Shown one piece after another: positions 7,609 through 14,858 of a DNA stretch of 64,000 bases. How positions within the stretch are numbered: position 1 is the stretch's first letter; each line of letters opens with the position of its first letter. A program made the position numbers and the translations under genes. The notes below the pieces were generated by a model. The model had not been told where the DNA came from. It searched no databases and worked only from the letters and a program-made list of their open reading frames with translations. This DNA comes from Oscillospiraceae bacterium (GTDB taxonomy: Bacteria > Bacillota > Clostridia > Oscillospirales > UBA929). The stretch covers positions 3,989 through 67,988 of the forward strand of contig WRIZ01000004.1 in assembly GCA_009782475.1 (NCBI GenBank), read 5' to 3'.

Positions 7609-9033
7609 GTGTTCAAAAGTTTACACGAAGCCAAAGCATATATCAAGGAAAACGATGTTCAGATGCTTGACCTGATGACGATCGACATCAACGGGCGGTG
7701 GCGTCATGTCACCATGCCGGTCGGGCGGCTGGACGAGAAGACGCTGCAATACGGCATCGGCTTCGACGGCTCCAACTATGGGTTTGCCCCGGTGGAGAAG
7801 AGCGATATGGTGTTCATCCCCGACCTCAAAACGGCCTATCTTGACCCGTTTGCCGAAGTCGCCACATTGGCGATGCTGGGCGACGTTTTTGTCATAGACC
7901 TGCCGCACAACCGCCGCTTTGACCAAGACCCGCGCAACGTGGCATTGTGCGCCGAAGAGGTGATGAAATCGTCCGGGATCGCCGACGAGATGCGGATACT
8001 GCCGGAGTTTGAGTTCTATGTCTTCGACCATGTGTCGGTCAGTTCCGAGCCGCATTCCACCGGGTTCCATGTCGATACCGCGCAGGCCTGCTGGAATTCC
8101 GGTATTGATTATCCCAACACAGGGTATAAGGTGCCGCACAAAGGCGGCTACCATATCGCGCCGCCCGCCGATATACTCAACGGTTTCCGCAGCCGCGCCG
8201 TCCTGCTGATGGAAAAATTGGGCGTCACCGTTAAATATCATCATCACGAAGTCGGCGGAGCCGGACAGCAGGAGATCGAGGTGGAGCCGGGTTCCATGTT
8301 CCAAATGGCCGACCATACCATGCTGGTAAAGTATATCCTAAAAAATTTGGCCGTTGCCGAAGGGAAATCGGTCACCTTCCTGCCCAAGCCGCTGGTGGGC
8401 GAAGCGGGGAGCGGTCTTCATGTGCATATGCAGCTCTTTAAGGGCGGCAAACCCCTCTTCTATGACGAAAAGGGGTATTCCCAGCTCTCCGAGACCGCTC
8501 TGTATTTCATGGGCGGCATCCTCAAACACGCCCCGGCGTTGTGTGCCTTCACCAATCCGAGCACCAACTCATACAAACGCCTCACCCCGGGCTATGAAGC
8601 CCCGGTGACCGTCGGCTACGCGACCTCCAACCGCAGTGCCGTTATCCGCATCCCGGCCTACGCCAAAACGCCGGACGCCAAACGGTATGAACTGCGCAGC
8701 CCGGACGGGACATGCAATCCCTACTACGCTTTCGCCGCCATCCTGATGGCCGGGATCGACGGCGTGCGGCAAAAAACCGACCCCGCCAAAGCGGGGTACG
8801 GGCCGTATGATTGCAATCTATATACGTTGTCGGAGAAACAGAAAAAGAAAATCAAGCACCTGCCCAAATCGCTGGATGAGGCTTTGGACGCGCTGGAGCG
8901 CGACCATGCTTTCTTAGCCGAAGCCTTCCCCGAGCGGCTGATCACTCTGTGGCTGGATCGGAAGCGGGCGGAGGCTGCGAAGGTGAGTCAGATACCGCAC
9001 CCTGCGGAATACAGTCTGTACTATGACTTGTAA
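7609..9033 (+). CDS. glnA: glutamine synthetase, type I
   Basis: 474 aa. GTG start with GGGAGGG SD. The GS catalytic region is recognisable (HHHEVGGAGQQEI, GSGLHVHMQL, NSYKRLTPGYEAP, SNRSAVIRIP). Confidence 0.95.
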   Translation: MFKSLHEAKAYIKENDVQMLDLMTIDINGRWRHVTMPVGRLDEKTLQYGIGFDGSNYGFAPVEKSDMVFIPDLKTAYLDPFAEVATLAMLGDVFVIDLPHNRRFDQDPRNVALCAEEVMKSSGIADEMRILPEFEFYVFDHVSVSSEPHSTGFHVDTAQACWNSGIDYPNTGYKVPHKGGYHIAPPADILNGFRSRAVLLMEKLGVTVKYHHHEVGGAGQQEIEVEPGSMFQMADHTMLVKYILKNLAVAEGKSVTFLPKPLVGEAGSGLHVHMQLFKGGKPLFYDEKGYSQLSETALYFMGGILKHAPALCAFTNPSTNSYKRLTPGYEAPVTVGYATSNRSAVIRIPAYAKTPDAKRYELRSPDGTCNPYYAFAAILMAGIDGVRQKTDPAKAGYGPYDCNLYTLSEKQKKKIKHLPKSLDEALDALERDHAFLAEAFPERLITLWLDRKRAEAAKVSQIPHPAEYSLYYDL

Positions 9034-9679
9034 CCGCTGACGTTGTCAGCTGCGCCATCGATTGCGCCAGTGCTTGGATTTTGGCTTCCAGCGCGGCAAG
9101 GGACGGTGCTTGTAAACCGGGCTTTTGATCTCCCTGCTGAGGACGCCCTTCCATCAGGTATTTCCGTTCGCGTTGAGCGCGTTCCAGCATTTTTCGTTTC
9201 AACTCGGCTCTCAGCCTGCTTGCGATCTCCTCCTGCTCGGCACGTTCGGCGCGCTTTTGCTGCTGCCGTATCAAATCTTCTTTGTTCAAGTCGCCGATTT
9301 TGCGGGAAGCCCGCCGGATGAGCTTGTTCAGCCGTTTGACGGCCGCCATCGCTTTGGCGTCGCCGCCCGCGGCGGCTTGCAGGCATTCGGAGAGGTTCTT
9401 GAATGCCTCGCTGATGATGGATTGAACCTCGCCCTGATATTTGGCCGTGACCAGCCGGCGCGTCAGGGCGGCCGAATGGTCGGTGGGGCCTTTGGCTTTC
9501 TCTGTTTGTTGTGTACTCTGTTCAGAGCGTTCAAAAATCGCCGCCAAGTCGTTGCCGTCGGCTTTCGGCTCGGCCGCGGCGAGAAGGGTTTGCCCCTCTT
9601 CCGCCGTCTGAACGGCATTGACAGCGGTATTGACATTGTATTGCTCGATAAATTGCTGCCCGATGGAGCTTACATTCAT
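8942..9679 (-). CDS. hypothetical coiled-coil protein (245 aa)
   Basis: Start taken at ATG 9679 (MNVSSIGQQF). Long K/R/E/Q-rich helical segment (RQQQKRAERAEQEEIASRLRAELKRKMLERAQRERK). The 3' end overlaps the glnA 3' end by 92 nt. Confidence 0.55.
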   Translation of the reverse strand: MNVSSIGQQFIEQYNVNTAVNAVQTAEEGQTLLAAAEPKADGNDLAAIFERSEQSTQQTEKAKGPTDHSAALTRRLVTAKYQGEVQSIISEAFKNLSECLQAAAGGDAKAMAAVKRLNKLIRRASRKIGDLNKEDLIRQQQKRAERAEQEEIASRLRAELKRKMLERAQRERKYLMEGRPQQGDQKPGLQAPSLAALEAKIQALAQSMAQLTTSAVTSHSTDCIPQGAVSDSPSQPPPASDPATE

Positions 9680-9770
9680 AGCACCCGCATCCTTTCGGCG
9701 TCCGCCCCCATCCTTGAGGGCATACATTGCTTAATTGGTTTATCGTATGAAAACTGGATAAAGTTGAGCG

Positions 9771-9805
9771 AAGAAAAGCATCCCCGCCCGAAAGGGCAGG
9801 GATGC
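9771..9805 (-). terminator. intrinsic terminator of rpsT
   Basis: On the minus strand: GCATCCCTGCCC-TTTC-GGGCGGGGATGC followed by TTTTCTT. Confidence 0.6.
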
Positions 9806-9823
9806 AGCTTTGTCCGCCAAGAG

Positions 9824-10084
9824 CTAGATTTTCTTGAGTCCTTTCGCCAAACGGCTTTTGCGCCGGGCAGCGGTGTTTTTATGGAGCAAACCTTTTGCGA
9901 CGGCTTGGTCGATGAGTTTTTGGGCGTCTATATAGGCGGCTCCGGCTGCCTTCGCTTCCTTGTCGGCTGTGAGCGCGTCCACCTTTTTGATGGTTGTTCT
10001 CATCCTCGACTTGACCATACGGTTTTGTGCCGTTTTGTGGGCTATGACCGACACCCGCTTCTTGGCGGACTTTATATTCGGCAA
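9824..10084 (-). CDS. rpsT: 30S ribosomal protein S20
   Basis: PNIKSAKKRVSVIAHKTAQNRMVKSRMRTTIKK is the S20 signature. TTG start at 10084 with AAGGAGGTG 6 nt upstream; the track start at 10105 lies upstream of the SD. Confidence 0.92.
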   Translation of the reverse strand: MPNIKSAKKRVSVIAHKTAQNRMVKSRMRTTIKKVDALTADKEAKAAGAAYIDAQKLIDQAVAKGLLHKNTAARRKSRLAKGLKKI

Positions 10085-10218
10085 GCCTACCACCTCCTTA
10101 TACACATAATGTCAGGCTTCACAACGCCCGTTGCCGATCAGCTAAAGTGAATTTAGCCTCCCTACGGTCTGTTCAGCCCTTCGCACCGAAACGGTGCAAA
10201 GAATAATATAACACAACA

Positions 10219-10590
10219 TTAACTGGATTGCAAGCCTTTTTTACCATTAAATTTCGCTTCCAGCTCCAACAGCTTCAATCCCGTTTCCGCCCACTCCATT
10301 TTGGCTTCCTGCAAACAGGCTTCAAACCGCGCGTCGCCCTTCTCCAGCATCTGTTGCAGGGCTTCGATCCTTCCGCGCTGGACTGGGTGAACGGGCGGCG
10401 CGTCGGATAAAAAAGCACCGGGCGGCAAACCCATTGCCCCGGCAAGATATTCAAGTGTGCGCACCGACGGCGTGGCGGCGTCGTTCTCGATCTTACTGAG
10501 CATATTGCGGGTGATATAATCGCCCACCAGCTCCTGCTGCGTCATCTGCCGCCCCAGCCGCGCCTCGCGGATCCGCTGCCCGATTGTCAT
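10219..10590 (-). CDS. XRE-family helix-turn-helix transcriptional regulator
   Basis: N-terminal HTH_3 pattern (IGQRIREARLGRQMTQQELVGDYITRNMLSKIENDAATPSVRTLEYLA) and a helical C-terminal domain. Confidence 0.85.
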   Translation of the reverse strand: MTIGQRIREARLGRQMTQQELVGDYITRNMLSKIENDAATPSVRTLEYLAGAMGLPPGAFLSDAPPVHPVQRGRIEALQQMLEKGDARFEACLQEAKMEWAETGLKLLELEAKFNGKKGLQSS

Positions 10591-10682
10591 AAGGGTTTAT
10601 ATTCTCCGTTTCTTGCTTCATGTAAAAGCCGCTGTTCTTCGGTTGTCAGTTCATCTTGGATATTTACAGTAAAATCAGACAT
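10587..10682 (-). CDS. 31-aa small ORF translationally coupled to the XRE gene
   Basis: ATG at 10682 with a GGAGG SD 8 nt upstream. Translation is MSDFTVNIQDELTTEEQRLLHEARNGEYKPL. Its TGA overlaps the XRE ATG (ATGA). Not in the ORF track because it is under 60 aa. Confidence 0.4.
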   Translation of the reverse strand: MSDFTVNIQDELTTEEQRLLHEARNGEYKPL

Positions 10683-10721
10683 CTGTTAATCCTCCTATGA
10701 ATGACGATTTAGTTAATCATA

Positions 10722-10750
10722 ATCGTATCACGTTTTATAATGTTTAGCAA
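10722..10750 (-). promoter_or_regulatory. promoter candidate for the small-ORF/XRE operon (TTGCTA-17 nt-TACGAT)
   Basis: On the minus strand, TTGCTA at 10750-10745 and TACGAT at 10727-10722, with a 17-nt spacer. Confidence 0.35.
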
Positions 10751-10787
10751 GATATACACGCGAAACCAACCCGGCACCAAAGCGCAC

Positions 10788-10912
10788 TCCCTCCATTGAG
10801 GGGAATGCTCCTCCCGGCATCCGCGGATGCCACCCTCCTCCCAGAGGAGGGCAAGGGTAGGCTCCCTCCGAGAGGGAGCTGTCAGCGAAGCTGACTGAGG
10901 GAGTGTTACTCC
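10788..10912. repeat. GC-rich train of six consecutive short hairpins (REP-like intergenic element)
   Basis: Six hairpins: CCCTC-catt-GAGGG; GGCATCCGCGGATGCC (palindrome); CCCTCCTC-cca-GAGGAGGG; GCTCCCT-ccgag-AGGGAGC; GTCAGC-gaa-GCTGAC; GGAGT-gtt-ACTCC. Track ORF 10709..11077 is just a read-through of this element. Confidence 0.45.
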
Positions 10913-10982
10913 GACGCAGAAGTGCCACAAAAGCCGCCCGGCGCAAACCAAGCGGCTCTCGTTATCCTGCCTGATTGGATAC

Positions 10983-11011
10983 TTGTATTCTGTACCTAAA
11001 AATGGTATAAT
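10983..11011 (+). promoter_or_regulatory. vapBC promoter candidate (TTGTAT-17 nt-TGgTATAAT) with nearby GGTATA repeats
   Basis: Extended -10 element TGGTATAAT at 11003-11011. GGTATA recurs at about 11004 and 11023, and TGTAC at about 10991 and 11031; these are possible antitoxin operator sites. Confidence 0.4.
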
Positions 11012-11061
11012 ACAATATAGAAGGTATATCCTGTACGTGCGGGATATAGTGAAAGGAGAGC

Positions 11062-11292
11062 TTGAAAGTGCAAGCATATCGCGCTAGGTATGAACGTGGG
11101 AGAGTCGTCCCGCTTGGGAATCCTTCAATCCCAGAAGGGAGCGATATTATCCTAACCATCTTGGAAGATTCCGCAGATAACGTGTGTCACCGGCAGAAAG
11201 CGGCTCTTGCGCGGTTCAGAGAGGAAATACAGGGCTGTGATGAACCTGTGCCGGACTTTGAGCGGGTCATCTTTAAGGATGCAGAAGTATGA
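11062..11292 (+). CDS. vapB: type II antitoxin (AbrB/SpoVT-like, VapB-type)
   Basis: Small protein (AYRARYERGRVVPLGNPSIPEGSDIILTILED) immediately upstream of the PIN toxin, with an ATGA overlap. GTG 11068 has better SD spacing than TTG 11062. Confidence 0.75.
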   Translation: MKVQAYRARYERGRVVPLGNPSIPEGSDIILTILEDSADNVCHRQKAALARFREEIQGCDEPVPDFERVIFKDAEV

Positions 11293-11690
11293 TATACGCC
11301 CTTGATTCTAATATTCTATCTTATCTGCTCAGGGACGACGACAGGGTATATAGCCGGTATAATGAAGCACTCGACAAAGGACACCATTGTATAATTCCGT
11401 TGATTGTTTACCTTGAAGTAAAGCGCGGATTGAAAGCCAATGATGCAGCCGGTAAAATGCGTTCATTTGAGCGGTTCTGTAATACACTTGGCGTGGACGA
11501 CCTCAATACGTCAGACGTAGACGTGGCGGCTGATATTTATGCGGCTAAAAAGAAAACAGGCCGCCTCATAGGGGATTCTGATCTTTTGATCGCCGCCTCC
11601 TGCATTGCCCGCGGTTATAAACTTGTAACAAACAACGCAAAGCACTTTGAGGGTGTTGAAGGGTTGCAGTTTGAGAATTGGGTAGAGTAG
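11289..11690 (+). CDS. vapC: PIN-domain toxin (VapC family ribonuclease)
   Basis: MIYALDSNIL (first Asp), LEVKRGL (Glu), DLLIAASCIARGYKLVTNNAKHF (C-terminal Asp/Asn). Length 133 aa. Confidence 0.9.
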   Translation: MIYALDSNILSYLLRDDDRVYSRYNEALDKGHHCIIPLIVYLEVKRGLKANDAAGKMRSFERFCNTLGVDDLNTSDVDVAADIYAAKKKTGRLIGDSDLLIAASCIARGYKLVTNNAKHFEGVEGLQFENWVE

Positions 11691-11697
11691 AAACAAA

Positions 11698-11734
11698 GAA
11701 CGAGCGGGCTGCCGTAATGGTAACCCGCTCGTTT
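11698..11734 (+). terminator. hairpin after vapC
   Basis: GAACGAGCGGG (15-nt loop) CCCGCTCGTTT forms a 10-11 bp stem. The tail TTCTGTC is only weakly U-rich. Confidence 0.4.
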
Positions 11735-11751
11735 CTGTCACCGCGCGCAAC

Positions 11752-11869
11752 CGGGGGCGCAGCCCCGTCCGCTTTTCCGCGTCCCCTGCGAAGGGGACAC
11801 CGTGAACGGTGCAGGTTCACGGCTTGCCTGCTTGGCTGGCGGCATACGCAAAAAGGAAGATATGCCGCC
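11752..11869. repeat. second GC-rich hairpin train
   Basis: Hairpins: CGGGG-gcgcag-CCCCG; GTCCCCT-gcga-AGGGGAC (GNRA loop); ACCG-tgaa-CGGT (or the alternative GTGAAC-7 nt-GTTCAC); GGCGGCATA-14 nt-TATGCCGCC. The architecture matches 10860-10895 but the stem sequences differ. Confidence 0.35.
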
Positions 11870-11930
11870 GCTTTGGCAGGGAGCGGGAAACAGACAGGGC
11901 AACGCCCCCGGTGTGTGGTTTATATTGAAA

Positions 11931-12371
11931 TTAAGTAATCCAAGCAGAACCGCCGAATTTGTACTTAAACGGGCCGCCACCAGTAGTATCAGCATCGGCT
12001 TTATCGCCCAGCACAAATGGTGTTGTCGTATACTTGCCTGCGGCCAATCTGCCCTCAAGAAGTTCAACCGCAACAACAGCGGCACCTTGGAAGTATAGAT
12101 TGACTGTTACTTGGCCGTTACCGCCAGTCATCATGTCGGTAATCTCCTGGGCTGTAGGCTTTGTGCCTGTTTTGAAATCAGCCGCTGCTAGAGCAGCCGT
12201 CCAAAGACTCCGCGCTTCTGCTTCGTCGGCTGATCTATTGGCTCTATCAATGACACCTAAGATGGCAGGAGTGAGAGCCGCGATCAGGATGGCGATGATA
12301 ACGATGACCACGATGAGCTCGATCAGGGTAAAGCCTTTGCGGTTTTTGCGGTACGCTTTCAATTCGATCAT
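11931..12371 (-). CDS. type IV pilin-like / pseudopilin protein (prepilin N-terminal cleavage/methylation motif)
   Basis: KG-FTLIELIVVIVIIAILIAALTP is a class III signal peptide. The start was chosen at ATG 12371, giving a 13-aa leader (MIELKAYRKNRKG). The SD is poor and TTG 12407 is an alternative. Confidence 0.75.
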   Translation of the reverse strand: MIELKAYRKNRKGFTLIELIVVIVIIAILIAALTPAILGVIDRANRSADEAEARSLWTAALAAADFKTGTKPTAQEITDMMTGGNGQVTVNLYFQGAAVVAVELLEGRLAAGKYTTTPFVLGDKADADTTGGGPFKYKFGGSAWIT

Positions 12372-12515
12372 TCCCTTCGATATGTTTTGGTGAATCCAGT
12401 ATAGCAAGCTAAACTTGCGTTGTCAATGAAAATATCGAAAGATTTCTAGCTTACTTTAGCAAACGCTTGAAGGCTGAATCCCCTTGCGATAGGCTGGCGT
12501 TGCGAGGTGGATGGA

Positions 12516-12872
12516 ATGCTTTCAGCAACGATAACCGAACTCCGCAGGAACAAGGGGCTGACGCAAGCCGCGCTTGCCGGGGTTCTGCAAGTCAGCAGGC
12601 AGGCCTATTCGTTTTATGAAATGGGAAAATATGAAATGGATCTGCGGTCACTCTGCAAACTGGCGGATTTCTACGGCGTCACGGCCGATTACCTGCTGGG
12701 GCGGCCTGACGGGGCGGGGAAACCCCTGCTGATTGATAAGGAAGACGAAATCGCCCTCGTAAAGGGGTTTCAAATATTAGACAAACGCGGGCAGGGGAGC
12801 GTGAAAGCAACGCTGGCGTTTGAACTCTCGCAGGTTCCCGTGCCTAAGGGGAGAAATCAGCAGTCAATGTGA
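12516..12872 (+). CDS. XRE-family helix-turn-helix transcriptional regulator
   Basis: ITELRRNKGLTQAALAGVLQVSRQAYSFYEMGKYEMDLRSLCKLADFYGVTADYLLGR. ATG 12516 follows a GAGGTGG SD; the track GTG 12507 lies inside the SD. Confidence 0.85.
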   Translation: MLSATITELRRNKGLTQAALAGVLQVSRQAYSFYEMGKYEMDLRSLCKLADFYGVTADYLLGRPDGAGKPLLIDKEDEIALVKGFQILDKRGQGSVKATLAFELSQVPVPKGRNQQSM

Positions 12873-12901
12873 TTTGCCTGCCGAAGTATTTGAACAAGTA
12901 A

Positions 12902-12931
12902 AATCCCCACCATGTTTGAATGGCGGGGATT
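12902..12931. terminator. bidirectional hairpin between convergent genes
   Basis: AATCCCCACCAT-gtttga-ATGGCGGGGATT forms 11 bp with one mismatch. It is A-rich 5' and T-containing 3'. Confidence 0.5.
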
Positions 12932-12945
12932 GGATTTGCGGAACG

Positions 12946-13152
12946 TCAGCTATTTAAATTCAAATTGCTCAAGGGGATTGTTTCGCCGCGTTCATATTCA
13001 GCCCGGGCTTGCGCTATGTCGGCTAAATCATCCGGCGTGGCAATATCATCCGGTAGTAAACGATTGATGAGAGCATAAACCAATTCCTTCTCCCGGTCAG
13101 ACAGAAGCTCTACCATATCATATATTGTTTTTGTGGTTGGCGGCATACTCAC
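12946..13152 (-). CDS. putative antitoxin (68 aa, no HTH) encoded downstream of its toxin
   Basis: 4-nt overlap with the upstream RelE-like gene. Small and acidic (DDIATPDDLADIAQARAEYERGETIPL). Confidence 0.65.
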   Translation of the reverse strand: MSMPPTTKTIYDMVELLSDREKELVYALINRLLPDDIATPDDLADIAQARAEYERGETIPLSNLNLNS

Positions 13153-13391
13153 ACCCCCTTATAGGCTTCGCCGCGGGTCGAGACTTTTTCGATCAATACC
13201 TTAGTTTCGGATGTATAAGAGAACAATATACGGAAATCGCCTACACGCAGCCGATATGTCCCATTTGAGCCTTGCAATGGCTTAATGTCACCCTTAGGCA
13301 ACTTTATGATCCCTGCCGTAATACGGGATTGTGAGACTTTATCCAAACTGGAAAGTACCTTGACCGCTTTCGAGGATAGCGTTATTTCCAT
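13149..13391 (-). CDS. RelE/ParE-family type II toxin
   Basis: 80 aa. IKPLQGSNGTYRLRVGDFRILFSYTSETKVLIEKVSTRGEAY matches the RelE/StbE core pattern. AGGAGAAGG SD. Confidence 0.8.
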   Translation of the reverse strand: MEITLSSKAVKVLSSLDKVSQSRITAGIIKLPKGDIKPLQGSNGTYRLRVGDFRILFSYTSETKVLIEKVSTRGEAYKGV

Positions 13392-13430
13392 TGTACAAAC
13401 CTTCTCCTCTTAAATGAAATGACTGCATTC

Positions 13431-13459
13431 AGTATATGCGATACCAGCAAAAAAAGCAA
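13431..13459 (-). promoter_or_regulatory. promoter candidate for the relE-like operon (TTGCTT-17 nt-TATACT)
   Basis: On the minus strand, TTGCTT at 13459-13454 and TATACT at 13436-13431. Confidence 0.4.
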
Positions 13460-13482
13460 GAGATAAATCACAAAACAAACGT

Positions 13483-13511
13483 TTGACTTTCTCGTTTTTG
13501 TATGCTATACT
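13483..13511 (+). promoter_or_regulatory. sigma-A type promoter (TTGACT-17 nt-TATACT)
   Basis: TTGACT at 13483-13488 and TATACT at 13506-13511, directly upstream of the radical SAM gene. Confidence 0.5.
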
Positions 13512-13526
13512 GTCTGCGGAAGGCGG

Positions 13527-14858
13527 GTGCGGCTGTTGGAACTGATGGAAAAACTGAACATTCTAGGCGACGCGGCCAAGTTTGACGCGTCTTGCGCGTC
13601 GAGCGGGAGCGGGCGCGCCGGAAAGCCGGGGCAGCTGGGCAACGCCTTCTCCGCGGGCATCTGCCATTCATGGGCTGCCGACGGGCGTTGCATCTGCCTG
13701 CTGAAAGTGCTGCAAAGCAATGTCTGTATTTACGATTGTCAATATTGCCAAAACCGCTGCGGCAACGACATCCCGCGCGCAACTTTTAAGCCGGAGGAAC
13801 TGGCCGAGCTGACCATTCAATTCTATCGCAGAAATTACATCGAGGGGCTTTTCCTCTCCTCAGGCGTCTTCAAAAGCCCCGACCATACTATGGAGCGGAT
13901 GATCCAAACCATGCGGATTCTCCGCGAACACCACAAATTCGGCGGCTATATCCATGTGAAAACCATCCCGGGCGCCGATATGCGGCTGATCAACGAAGCG
14001 GGGCTGCTGGCCGACCGCGTCAGCGTCAATATAGAACTCCCCTCCTCAGGGTCGCTCGCCCTGCTTGCGCCCGATAAGAAGCCGGAGATGATCTTCGCGC
14101 CGATGAAAGGCATCGACACGGCGCGGCGGATGTACCTCGAAGACGGAAAGAAGCATAACAGCGCGCCGCTCTTTGCCCCAGCGGGGCAGTCAACACAGAT
14201 GATCGTGGGGGCGACGCCCGACACCGACCGCACCATCTTGCGCCTCTCAGGCGGTTTATATAAAAAATTCCGGTTAAAGCGGGTTTATTTCTCCGCCTAT
14301 ATCCCCATCGGAACCCATCCGTCTTTGCCGCCCCGCGAGACGGCCACTGTGCCGATGCTGCGGGAGCATCGGCTCTATCAAAGCGATTTTCTCATGCGCT
14401 TTTACTCGTTTGACGCCGACGAGATCACCGAAAACGGCGAACTGCTGGATATGGACGTAGACCCCAAATGCTCGTGGGCATTGCGCCACCCCGAATATTT
14501 TCCTGTTGACGCCAACAAAGCCGACCGGGAACAGTTGCTGCGCGTTCCGGGCGTGGGGCAGATTTCCGCCGACCGGATCATTTCAGCGCGGCAGTTCGGG
14601 CCTTTGCGCCCGGAAAACCTGCGCAAACTAGGCGTCGTGATGAAGCGCGCCCGTTTCTTCCTCACGGCGGGCGGCAAATACGAAGGGGAGAGCCGCCACG
14701 ACCACCCGTATATACGCGAGCTGCTCACCGACAATTATAACAACGGGCAAACCTCGTTATTTGGCGAAAACAACGGTTTACAGGCACCTTTATCACTCCC
14801 CTCAGCAACTAAGGAACTGCCCTCTGTTCCGTCATTCTCACAAATGCTAAACGCATGA
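13527..14858 (+). CDS. putative DNA modification/repair radical SAM protein
   Basis: N-terminal LNILGDAAKFDASCASSG and the cluster CxxxCxxC (CIYDCQYCQNRC). The C-terminal LLRVPGVGQISADRII is helix-hairpin-helix-like. It is paired with a DUF4130 gene, as is typical for this family. ATG 13545 is an alternative start. Confidence 0.88.
   Translation: MRLLELMEKLNILGDAAKFDASCASSGSGRAGKPGQLGNAFSAGICHSWAADGRCICLLKVLQSNVCIYDCQYCQNRCGNDIPRATFKPEELAELTIQFYRRNYIEGLFLSSGVFKSPDHTMERMIQTMRILREHHKFGGYIHVKTIPGADMRLINEAGLLADRVSVNIELPSSGSLALLAPDKKPEMIFAPMKGIDTARRMYLEDGKKHNSAPLFAPAGQSTQMIVGATPDTDRTILRLSGGLYKKFRLKRVYFSAYIPIGTHPSLPPRETATVPMLREHRLYQSDFLMRFYSFDADEITENGELLDMDVDPKCSWALRHPEYFPVDANKADREQLLRVPGVGQISADRIISARQFGPLRPENLRKLGVVMKRARFFLTAGGKYEGESRHDHPYIRELLTDNYNNGQTSLFGENNGLQAPLSLPSATKELPSVPSFSQMLNA

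Noticed and set aside
10709-11077. A 122-aa minus-strand ORF, with nested ORFs, in the XRE-vapB intergenic region.
   Set aside because: It is a translation of the GC-rich hairpin train (..LPQSASLTAPSRREPTLALLWEEGGIRGC..). It has no SD and its composition is typical of read-through of palindromic repeats. ORFs 11678-11938 and 11738-12085 over the second train were rejected for the same reason.
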